Source of the DNA: Isurus oxyrinchus
Taxonomy: Eukaryota
Direction of reading: 5' to 3'
Assembly: GCA_026770705.1 (NCBI GenBank)
Contig: JANJGN010000021.1
Span: 98,518,001 to 98,582,000, forward strand
DNA length: 64,000 bases
Below, in pieces: positions 38,101 to 47,357 of this stretch; the first letter of the stretch is position 1, and each line of letters begins with the position of its first letter. The notes below the pieces were generated by a model. The model was not told the origin of the DNA and made no database searches. It was given only the letters and a program-made list of their open reading frames with translations. Made by a program: the position numbers and the translations under genes.

Positions 38101-38701
38101 TCTGTTCCTCAGCTCAGCTGATGTTTAATATCCAGGAGGTCAAGCAAAAATCTGGTCCATTACGTGAGAGAGAAAAGAAGAAACCTACTTCAAACACCCA
38201 CCGAGGGAAGGGCATACATATTGCTCAAAGAAATTCTCTCCCTGCCCTTCCCCTTTGCATTCTCCATTCCTATTCCCTCCCATTCTCATCCCTTCCTTTC
38301 AGTTCCATTGCCTTTCCCAATCCTCATCCCCACCCCTCACCTTCCCTTCTTTTCCCTTCCAAGTTATAGCTCTAATTCACGCCATCTCAATTACTATTAT
38401 TTGTATGCCCATTTTGACAATAATTGTCAGGCCATCTAACAGCTGCCCCATTGAAAAACTTTGCAAACAAATCTTTGACACAACTTCTCACAGTGACCCT
38501 CTCCTGCAGGGATCACCCTTACCCTGAATCACTGACACACCCAGGGCAAAGAAAATGCTCCCGGCCCAGGGGACTCTTGACACTACCTTGTGACACTGCG
38601 GGGCTCCCCCTAATACTGTCCACAAATATAAGCTCTTTAAATTGCTTACCAGAGGAGACTGAGGACACACAGCAAACATTCAGTAAAGTAACAAGCAGCA
38701 T
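22858..38701 (-). CDS. Divergent (nonclassical) MHC class I heavy chain, 5 exons, 391 aa, intact
   Basis: Leader 38701-38650 (52), alpha1 35165-34905 (261), alpha2 32360-32085 (276), alpha3 30872-30600 (273), TM/cytoplasmic 23171-22858 (314) total 1176 nt. All introns are phase 1 GT/AG as in class I genes; alpha2 and alpha3 disulfide cysteines present. Confidence 0.9.
23320..23630 (+). repeat. G-rich ~47-50-bp degenerate tandem repeat (GGGATTAGTTTGGGATTGATACAGGGCTATGGGGAGAG...)
   Basis: About 6 units; same family at 40545-40930 and 54020-54428. Confidence 0.85.
24301..26480 (+). mobile_element. Penelope-like element (RT + GIY-YIG), 5'-truncated, with one frameshift and one stop, inserted into an older CR1
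   Basis: FLRYIDD and LVYCIRCSQCGLLYMGETKR motifs; extra T at ~25277 and TAG at ~25910 relative to copy 55254-57582; TGGGTT repeated at 24295-24300 and 26480-26485. Confidence 0.95.
26690..27270 (+). mobile_element. CR1 3' fragment carrying a ~145-bp opposite-strand insert from another CR1 subfamily
   Basis: DRLGLFSLEQRRLRGDLIEVYKI (ORF 26704-26994); segment ~26981-27125 matches ~28016-28160. Confidence 0.85.
27583..30546 (-). mobile_element. Relatively young CR1 LINE, near-complete ORF2 (APE endonuclease + RT) broken into three ORFs
   Basis: ORFs 29391-30401 (YDVVGITET, GVMYRPP, MGDFN), 28297-29415 (YRPISL, YLDFQKA.DKV, GVPQGSVLGP, FSDD) and 27667-28290; microsatellite-like tail at ~27583-27600. 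Confidence 0.96.
30600..30872 (-). CDS. MHC class I alpha3 exon (C1-set Ig)
   Basis: PEVF..LSCLVTGFYPWPIDVTWLRNG..LPNQDETY..YSCHVEHASL..VPW-G|GTAAGT. Confidence 0.96.
31255..31440 (+). mobile_element. tRNA-derived SINE fragment
   Basis: A box TGGCATTGTGG and B box GGTTCAAATCC; same family as 36190-36580. Confidence 0.65.
32085..32360 (-). CDS. MHC class I alpha2 exon
   Basis: VQGTCGC..GYDGEDAFVFDKDRRSW..RW..LEKDCVKWLLIYLEYG; boundaries TTCCAG| and G|GTACGT. Confidence 0.95.
32750..33497 (+). mobile_element. Tx1/L1-clade LINE 3' fragment in MHC intron 3 (alpha1-alpha2 intron), antisense to the gene
   Basis: FAKQVWNKMQ..LSR and VLCGLFPGTHPEINVICCWRTMNS resemble Tx1 ORF2 C-termini; ends with AATAAA and a short poly(A). 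Confidence 0.65.
33696..33734 (+). ncRNA. Minimal type I hammerhead ribozyme-like motif in a Penelope tail fragment
   Basis: AGCT-CTGAAGA-A-GAGCC ataca GACTC-GAAA-CTTT-AACT. Confidence 0.5.
34493..34753. repeat. 33-bp minisatellite (CAGTACTGAGGGAGTGCTGCACTGTCAGAGGGT), about 8 copies
   Basis: Directly visible; 11-aa periodicity in the ORF track; unit resembles part of the Deu-type SINE body. Confidence 0.95.
34905..35165 (-). CDS. MHC class I alpha1 exon
   Basis: FHILAFYY..LPEYSLVAMLDNCQIAYFDS..IVPRQRWM..DHW; boundaries CTGCAG| and G|GTAGGT. Confidence 0.92.
35426..35681 (-). mobile_element. Solo LTR (256 bp) related to the LTR at 20613-20840
   Basis: TG...CA termini; perfect 5-bp TSD ATATC (35421-35425 and 35682-35686); shares tttatttaca..gcagca..tacatgt and cttaaagct..aattactaca with 20613-20840. 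Confidence 0.88.
36190..36580 (-). mobile_element. Full-length tRNA-derived SINE with LINE-derived 3' tail
   Basis: Head GGTGGTGTAGTGG..GGTTCAAATCC; the tail matches LINE 3' ends at 48640-48705 and 60898-60960. Further copies at ~44415-44605 and ~49190-49492. Confidence 0.75.
37680..38050 (-). mobile_element. Degraded L2-like LINE fragment
   Basis: HFYILKPSVAS..AISSSRICH translation and similarity to the L2 fragments near 61700. Confidence 0.45.
38650..38701 (-). CDS. MHC class I leader exon
   Basis: ACAACATG context; MLLVTLLNVCCVSSVSS-G|GTAAGC; phase 1 joins to give mature DFHILAF. Confidence 0.78.
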
Positions 38702-39614
38702 GTTGTAAAGACACACAGGACACTGATTAACCAGGAGAGAAGCTGCTGTAACAGTAATGTAATCTCTTGTGCTTTTGAACACCAAGCTGGAGTGAAGCTA
38801 CTTATTGGTCGTCGTGCAGCAGATCTGATAACCAAGCCCAGTGAAGCTGAAAGAATTGTTCTGGTCACTGGTTACCTGGAGCTGGAGACTACTTGGATTC
38901 AATTTCAAAGGTGGATTTGAAGGATTACATGAAGTAACTCTGCATGATGAAGTAACTTGTTGCTTACCAGTAAATTAAATATGTATCAAAAATATAGAGA
39001 ATGAGTGTTTTTTGAGATTTAACCCTTCCCCTCTCAGGTTGCTGTACAATACCCTTGTGCAAAGCATTGCTCGGATCTGAAATACAGCATTCAGTTCTGG
39101 GCATTGCACCTCAGGAAGGATGCATTTGCCACCAAAGAGTTTCTGTGAAGGTTTACTACCATGATTCAATGAAGCCTGCTTAACTTCAACCCCAATGGAC
39201 AACCCCGTAAATTCCAATGAAATGGGTATTTACAAAAATAAAGGTGAGTAACAACCTTCATTTGTCTGAATTTCTTATACTATCTTACATCAGGGAGAAT
39301 ACAGTATCCCTTACCAACTGAAGAGAAATGCTCACCTCCCAGGAGTATTTATAATGCTCCAAAGAAGTCAGTGACTGTTAGGTGCAGATCAGAAGTCATC
39401 AAAACCTCGCCCTATCTCACCCACTGCATAAGCTTCCTCAAATGTTTCACTAGCTTTCGACTTGATGAATCACCGCTGAGATCACAGTGCAGAATCTACC
39501 TCTCCACCTTCTGCAACCTCCAGCTCTGACCCATCTTCATTTGCACCTTCTGTGGCCTCTGTTTCCACTGTGTGCATCAGTCACCTCTATGCACTTTTCA
39601 CATCCTAATGTCAA

Positions 39615-40230
39615 CTCCAAAGCAAAATACAGCGTGTTTAGGAAATCAGACCTAAAAGAAGAGAAGCTGGAAATACTCAATGGGTCAGGCAACATCTGTG
39701 AAAAGTGAGAGTTAATATTTCAGGTCAATGACCTTTCATCAGAACTGGATGTTGCAGATGAACAACTTTTAAGCAAGTACAGAGGGAGGGAAAGTGGGAG
39801 CAGGATGGAAACAAAGAGAATTATTGATGAAGGTGAAAGAGGGTGATGAAGAAATAAGATTAGAATCAAAAGATGGATCCAGGAAACCTTTGGTGGTCAG
39901 CATCTAAACTTTTAATAGCCATTGCCAGGGCCAAAAGGCAGTAAAGTGCCTAACTGAAAGTTAAGAGTTTCATTGGATCAGTGTCAGATGCTGAGGACAG
40001 AGAGGTCAGAGTGTGAATGGGGTGAAGAATTGAAATGATGGGTGACCAGAAACTCAATGGTCATTGCTTACGGACTGAATGCTGGTGTTAGCAAAAGAAA
40101 GACCCAATCTGCTATTGGCCTCCACAGTGCAGAGGAGAACATGTCGTGAGCAGCAAGATGAAAGAAATTAAGAAAATCACTATTTTGTCGAGATGCAATG
40201 TTTGGGACCCTGGGCAGTGGGAAGGGCAAC
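39615..40230 (-). mobile_element. Old Penelope-like remnant (GIY-YIG region and 3' tail)
   Basis: 40020-40130 aligns by eye to the reverse complement of 56780-56890; tail at 39615-39750 matches Penelope 3' ends. Confidence 0.7.
39710..39746 (-). ncRNA. Minimal type I hammerhead ribozyme with canonical core
   Basis: AGTT-CTGATGA-A-AGGTC att GACCT-GAAA-TATT-AACT: stem I AGTT/AACT, perfect 5-bp stem II, palindromic stem III stub. Confidence 0.65.
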
Positions 40231-40544
40231 ATGAAAGGATCAAATGCATCAACGTGAAACACCACACACCTGCTCCCCCTCTGTCCCATAAGGAATGGTT
40301 GCTGACCCTGTAACTGATTACTATTTCAGCACCATTCGGTTATTTGATTAGTAATCAAGGTCCTTATTACAAAGTTGGCTAAACAGAGAACTGCAGCATT
40401 AAATAGAGTCGGGGGCACAGATCCCATTTCCTCACCTAAGGATCAGGACCGTGAGCAGAGAGAATGGAAGGAAATGGCGGGATCTGAAATTCTCGGCAGC
40501 TCTGTCCTGAACACCTGGCTGCACTGCAGGAATTCAATGGCATT

Positions 40545-40930
40545 GGCAGTGGGATTAGTTTTGGATTGACTCAGGGCTATGGGGAAGAGAGCAGGGCAGT
40601 GGGATTAAATTGGGTTTGATACAGGACAATGTGGGGATTAAGTGAGACAGTGAGATTAGTTTAGGATCAATATGGAGCTATGGGAAGCAAGCAAAGGAAT
40701 GGGAATAGTTTGGGATTGATACAGGGCTATGGGAAGAGAGTGAGGCAGTGGGATTGGTTTGGGATTGATACAGGGCTATGGGAAGAGAGTGAGGCAGTGG
40801 GATTGGTTTGGGATTGATACAGGACTATGGGAAGAGAGTGAGGCTGTGGGGTTAGTTTGGGATTCAGGTCTATGTGGAAAGAGCAGGGGCAGCAGGATTT
40901 GCAGAGGAATATGGGGATTGAGTAGGACAT
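40545..40930 (+). repeat. G-rich ~48-bp tandem repeat, about 8 units
   Basis: GGGCTATGGGAAGAGAGTGAGGCAGTGGGATTGGTTTGGGATTGATACA repeated. Confidence 0.9.
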
Positions 40931-41009
40931 TGGGATGAATTTGCTTTATTTTCCTCTCAAATTTTATTTTTGGATATCCAAAGTTACAGATTAAGGTGTC
41001 TGTCCGTCT

Positions 41010-42100
41010 CCATAGAGCCATAGAAAAGTTACAGTGCAGAAAGAGGCCATAAAGCCCATCATGTCTGCGCTGGCCAAAACAAGAGAAAAAAATAAACTAG
41101 CCGCTCATTTTACTCTCAACTCTCCAGCATGTGGTCCGGAGCCTTGCAGGATACAGCACTTGAGATGCAGATCCAGGTACCTTTTAAATGAGTTGAGCAT
41201 TTGAGCCTCAACTACCAACTTGGGCAGTGAATCCAAATACGCACAACCGTCTGGGAAAAATAAAATTTTCCTCATGTCCACTCTAATCCTTCTACCAATC
41301 ACCTTAAATCTATGTTCCCTGGTAATTGACCCCTCAGCTAGGAGAAACAAGTCTTTCCTGTTTACCCAATCCAGGCCCCTCGTAATTTTGAATGCCTCAA
41401 TTAGGTCATCTCTTAGCCTCCTCTGTTCTAAGGAAAGCAACCCGAGCCTATCCAATCTCTCCTCATAGCTGCAATTTTCATGCCCTGACAGCATTTTTAT
41501 AAACAAAAACAGAAAATGCTGGAAAAACTCAGCAGGTTTAACACCATCTGTGGAGAAAAAGAAAAACAGAGTTAACGTTTTGAGTCTGGATGACTCTTCT
41601 TCAGAGCTCTGAAGAAGAATCACATGGATTCGAAACATTAACTCTTTTTTTTTCTCTCCACAGCTGCTATTAGACCTGTTGAGTTTTTCCAGCATTTTCT
41701 GCTTTTGTTTCAGATTTCCAGCATCTGCAATATTTTGCTTTTATCTTAACATTCCTGTAAATCTTTTCTGTACTCTCTCCAGAGCAATTATATCCTTCCT
41801 GTAATGTTGTGACCAGAACTGTACACAAAATTCTAGCTGTGGCCTAACCAGCATTTTATACAGTTCCATAATTACATCCCCGCTTTTGCATTCAATACCT
41901 CACCCAATAAAGGAAAGCATTCCATATGCTTTCTTGACCACCTTGTCTGTCTGTCCTGCCACCTTCAAGGACCTGTATACATACACTCCAAGGTCACTCA
42001 GTTCCTCAACCCCTCTCAATAACTTCTCGTTTATTGACTATTCCCTTGTCCTGTTTGTCCTCCCCAAATGTATGATGTCACACTTTTCCAGATTGAATAC
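41010..42100 (-). mobile_element. CR1 3' fragment interrupted by a palindromic Penelope-tail insert
   Basis: YEERLDRLGLLSLEQRRLRDDLIEAFKI (ORF 41105-41695); CR1 sequence resumes after ~41748. Confidence 0.85.
41501..41710. repeat. ~210-bp inverted repeat of two head-to-head Penelope 3' tails, each with a hammerhead-like motif
   Basis: Centre TCTTCTTCAGAGCTCTGAAGAAGA (GAGCTC at 41604-41609); arms AAACAAAAACAGAAAATGCTGGAAAAACTCAGCAGG and CCTGTTGAGTTTTTCCAGCATTTTCTGCTTTTGTTT. Confidence 0.88.
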
Positions 42101-42164
42101 AACTAATTTTGTTTAATTCAGAAATAGAGTCAGGAATTTTTTTATTAATTTATGGAATGTGCTG

Positions 42165-43685
42165 GTGAAGCCAGCATTTATTACCCATCCTAAATGCCCT
42201 TGAGCAGGTGATGACGAGCTGCCTTCTTGAACCACTGCAGTCTCTGTGGTTTAGGTACACCCAGAGTGCTGTTAGGGAGGGAGTTCCAGGATCTTGACCC
42301 AGCGACTGTGTAAAAACGATGATATATTTCCAAGTCAGTAATGCCATTGAATGTCAAGAGGCGAGGGTTAGATTCTCTCTTGTTGGAGACAGTCATTGCC
42401 TGGCACTTGTGTGGCATGATGTTACTTGCCACTTGTCAGCCCAAAACTGGATATTGTCCAGATATTGTTGAATTTGGACATGGACTGCTTCAGTATCTGA
42501 GGAGTTGCGAATGGTGCTGAACATTGTGCAATTATCAGTGAACATCCCCACTTCTAACCTTACAATGCAAAGAAGGTCATTGCTGAAGTCACTGAAGATG
42601 GTCGGGCCTAGAACACTACGCTAAGGAACTCCTGCAGTGGTGTCCTGGAACTGAGATAATTGACCTCCAACAACCACAACCATCTTCCTTTGTGCTAGGT
42701 ATGACTCCAACTAATGGTGTGTTTTCCCGATTCCCATTGACTTCTATTTGGCAAGGGCTCCTTGATGCCACAATTAATATCACATGGAGTGAATCAAACT
42801 GCAGAAGATCAGCATCTGTGATAGAGGGGACCTTTGGAGGAGGCTGAAATGGATCATCCACTTGGCACTTCTGGCTGAAGTTTTTTGTAAATGCTTAAGC
42901 CTCATCTTTTGCACTGATATGCTGGGCTCCCTCATCATTGAGAATGGGGGTATTTGTGGAGCCTCCTCCTCCAGTGAGTTACTTAACTGTCCACCACATT
43001 CACAACCGGGTGTGGCAGGACTGCAGAGTTTAGATCTGATCTATTGGTCATGGAATTGCTTAGCTTTATCACTTGCTACTTTTGCTATTTGACATGCATG
43101 TAGTCCTGTGTTACAGCTTCACCAGGTTGAGACCTCATTTTTAGGTATGCCTGGTGCTGCTCCTGGCATGCTCTGCTGCACTCTTCAGTGAACCTGGGTT
43201 GATCCCCTGGCATGGTGGTAATTGTACAATGGGTGATATACCAGGCCATGAGGTTACAGATTGTGGTTGCTGCTGCTGATGAGGCTCACAGTGCCTCATG
43301 GTTGCCCAGGCTTGAGTTGCTAGGTCTATTCAAAATCTATCCCATTTAGCATGGTGGTAGTGCCGCACACAATGGAGGGTATCCTCATTGTGAAGGTGGG
43401 ACTTTGTCTCCACAATAACTGTGTAGTGGTCACTCCTACTGATACTGTTATGGACAGATGCATCTATGGTAGGCAGATTGATGGGGATGAGGCCAAGTAT
43501 ATTTTTCCCTCTTGTTGGTTCCCTCACCACCTTCTGCAGATCCAGTCTAGCAGTTATGCTCCTTAGACTCAGCCAGCTCAGTCTGTAGTGGTTCTAGCAA
43601 GCCACTATTGTTGATGGACATTGAAGCTCCCACCCAGAGTACATTCTGTGTCCCACCAACCTCAGTGCTTCCTCCAAATAGTGTT
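42165..43685 (-). mobile_element. Degraded CR1-group LINE (second family), internally deleted, continuing at ~44120-44410
   Basis: VREPTRGKNILGL..SRSDHYTV (endonuclease end), PHKCQAMTVSNKRES, LQWFKKAARHHLLKG; other 3' ends at 48280-48705, 60555-60960 and a piece at 63290-63850. Confidence 0.75.
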
Positions 43686-44120
43686 CATAGAAACATAGAA
43701 AAATTGAAGCAGGAGTAGGTCATTCGGCCCTTTGAGCCTGCTCTGCCATTCAATATGATCATGGCTGATCCTCTATCTCAATGCCGGTCTTCCATTCTCT
43801 CCTCATACCCCTTGATGCCTTTAGAATCTAGAAATTTATCTATTTCCTTCTTGAATATACTCAGTAACTTGCCCTCCACAGCCCTCTGTGGTAGAGAATC
43901 CCACAGGCTCACCACCCTCTGAGAGAAGAAGTTTCTCCTCATCTCAGTACTAAATAGCCTACCCTGCTTCCTGCGATTGTGACCTCTTCTTCTAGACCGC
44001 CCAGCCAGAGGAAACATCATCCCTGTATCCAGTTCTGTCAGGATTTTATATGTTTCAATAAGATCCCCTCTCATTCTTCTGAGCTCCAGTGAATACAAGC
44101 CTTGTCAGCCCAATCTCTCA
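43686..44120 (-). mobile_element. CR1 3' fragment nested in the LINE above
   Basis: YSLELRRMRGDLIETYKIL..RRNFFSQRVVSLW (ORF 43778-44098); (CATAGAAA)n tail. Confidence 0.88.
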
Positions 44121-47100
44121 TGAAGGAGTACTGATTCATTGGCTGAAGTGGGTGCGGTACATGGTAATCAGCAGGAGGTTTCTTTGCCCATATCTGACCT
44201 GATGCCATGAGACTTCATGGGCTCCAGAGTCAATGTTGAGAACTTCCAGGGAACTCCCTCCTGAGTGTTTACCATTGTACTGTCACCTCTGCTAGGTCTA
44301 TCCTGCTGGTGGGATGGTGGTGTCTGGGATGTTGTCTGTAAGGTACATTTCCGAGAGTATGTGGGATACTTCTTCCAGTTTGGCACTAGCCCCCACATGT
44401 TAATAAAGAGACCCAGGTAGGGACGGCAGATTTAATGTACCAAATAGGTTTTTACCACAATTGACAATGGTTTCATGGTCATCATTAGACTTTTAATTCC
44501 AGATTTTTATTGGATTCAAATTTCACCATCTGCCGTGCTAGGATTTCAACCCTAAATCTCTGGATTATTCAACAAGTGACAATAACATTACTCCACCGCC
44601 TCTCCCCTCCTACACCCACTTTAGAATCAGACATATCTGAATGAAAACCTTTTCTTAATTTAATTTTCTTAATGTTTCTCCAGTCGATCACATCCTGCTA
44701 TTGTGTGATTCGTCAATCTTCTGCATTTTTATCCTATCTGGAGCTCCAATTGTTCAAGTTTTTAACAGATTAACTGAGCAAATCAGTCTCGGCAGTCTCT
44801 ATATACAGTCTGAGTCACAGAACCGGTTGCACCACTTGTCTCCGCGTCTCTTTTGGATTTCAATGTAACACAAGAAGAGAGAGGCCAGAGACTTGAATTT
44901 CTTTTACTTCTGCATTGAGTTACACATTATATCCGTCCTCCTTCTCACTGTCCTCGAGATACAACGAAAGGTCTGCCTCCTCTTCAGTTCTGATCATCCA
45001 GCCCTGCTATTGGCAGCCCTTGTCTTGTGGCAGAAATATGCTTTTGCAACTTTTATACTGTTGCTGCTCATTTTAAACTTTGATACTCTTTGATCTTTTT
45101 TTGACCCCTCCTCATTGCCTTTTTACCTGTTTTAACCGCCCTAAGGTCTGATTTATCCCAGCTTGAACAATCTTCAACAGATGCTGCTCACTGCGGTTTA
45201 GCAGCTAATTAATTTCATATTCCGTGAGTCATCACAACTGTAACCCACATCCGTCCTCTGCAGACATGTTTCAATTAGCATAGGTATTTAACCCTTTCCA
45301 TGCAGTTCAATTCGACAGAAACTACCAATTTTTTCAACATAGCTTGTTAAATCATAAACTTAGATATAACAGAATGAACTTACGATTAAAGCTAGTACGT
45401 ACTGCGTGCAGTGCTGAAAGCATACAGATGCACTGGAGAGGGTGCCAAGAAGATTTACAAGGTGATACCAAAACTGCATGGGTATAACTATAAGAAAAGG
45501 ATTAACAGGCTGGGTCTCTTTTTCCCCGTTGTAGCCACTTTGCTATGGTTTCCTCCGTGAAGAGGAACGTTCGCAGTAATGGAGACTTTGGTGTGGGCTA
45601 ACAGAGCTTAGGTATCCAAATGTCAAATGGTGATTAAGTGGGAAAATGTGGACCAAACACAACTTTATAGAACGCCATAATGCAAAAGTGGCAAAAAAAA
45701 TCATTGAATCATAGAACAGGTACAGCACAAGAGGTTTCTATACCCCTATTTATAAAGCTCAGATCCCATATTCTTTATTTGACTGCTTTCTCAACCTGCC
45801 CTACTACCTTCAGTGCTTTGTGCTCATATATCCCCAGGTACCTCTGCTCCAACACCCACTTTAAAACTGTACCGTTTAGTTTAGATTGCCTCTCCTAGTT
45901 CTTCTAGCCAAGCTTCATACTTCTCTTCATTAAAATTCATCTGCCATGTGTGCACCAATTGTAGTTTATTGCTATCCTCACAGTTCACAATAGTTCTAAG
46001 TTTTGCATCATCCGCAAATTTTGAAATTATGCCCTGTACACCAAAGTCTACATCATTAATACATTTCAGAAAGAGCCATCCTAACATGAAGAAAAACATA
46101 AGGAATACACAGCCAGTCTGTATTGTCTATGTTGGAGCATCAGAACAATTGAGGAGAATACAATCAGGAGACTACTTCTGTTCTTAATGAATATATCACA
46201 TACACTTGTTTAGAAAGAAAGGGCTTTAAGTGGTTTCCATTGTGACACTGATCACACGCATATGAATATATGAACAAGTGAGTGAAAATATACACATATT
46301 GGAAGAAGTATAGCTGCAGCATAGAGCTGAGCGCTCATTATAAGAGCTATGGATACAATGTGGTGCTATGTTCAATGCGGACATCCTCATAAAAAGGCAG
46401 AGGGTAACTAGTTCAAAGAGAAAAACTTGGGCCAGCTAAGCAAACCAGATTAAACAGCAGGACAACACAATATAAATTATCTGTGAATTTATCAGTCATC
46501 TAAGTATGAACCAGAAAGGGGTGTTTTAACACTTACTGACTTGTTTAAACAGCTGTAAAAACAAAATTAATGCCATCATAAGTTTAAGATGGACTTTCCA
46601 GTAATAGCAAGGGGATTGGGGAACCTCAACCACTATTGGGTTCAACAGTATCTCAGTATTGTAACAGTGTAAGTTAGAGACTTGGCAAGGCTAAAGTGAC
46701 ACTATTTTCGCTGCTCAGTTTCTGGTGGTATAACTGTTCTTCCAGGATATCACTCAAGATATGCAACCTATCATGTAGGAAGGAAGCTGCTGTGATATTG
46801 GGCAGTTCCTGCCGAGCTGTTCAGTCTCCATTCCTGGGAAACCTGGAGCAGATCATCATCTATTGTCATTGTCAACTTTCTTCAGTCCTTTTCTAGTTTC
46901 AGCTAACCCAGTCAGTGCTGGAATTCTCTCTTCTGTTTCACTACTGCATTCCTTGCTTTTGTTCAGCTAAACACAGCCAGAAGACTTCCAAATTCTGCTT
47001 TTAAACTGCTTCTAACTACTGAAGAATGGTCCAAAGCTCTTTACAGCTTTCTGTATCATCTTTGAGCCTGCCTGAAAGCTCTTGGCTTCAGAATGTCTTC

Positions 47101-47182
47101 TGACTTCAGAGGAGTGAAATATGACTACATTTAAATATGACAAAAAGAGTACTTCTCTAACTAGCTGTTTGGGTATTGCTTG

Positions 47183-47357
47183 AGTATTGCTAAAAAAAGA
47201 GATATGTCGAAGTTTTTCATCTTGCACTCATCAGGACATTTTGCAAGAATACCAATATGAAGGGGAAGCAATTTTCCCCTTATATTGGTATTCTTGCGAA
47301 GTGTCCTGTTGAGTGCAAGATGAAAAGCTTCGACATGTCTCTTTTATCAGCAATACT
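47183..47357. ncRNA. 175-bp palindrome with a minimal hammerhead motif in each arm, pointing outward
   Basis: Minus 47205-47238: TGTC-CTGATGA-GTGCAAGAT-GAAA-AACT-TC-GACA. Plus 47302-47335: TGTC-CTGTTGA-GTGCAAGAT-GAAA-AGCT-TC-GACA. Arms ~85 bp. Confidence 0.7.

Noticed and set aside
44640-45260. Possible L1-type 5' UTR/ORF1 remnant or additional exon on the minus strand
   Set aside because: No sustained ORF or recognisable motif; cannot be supported by eye.
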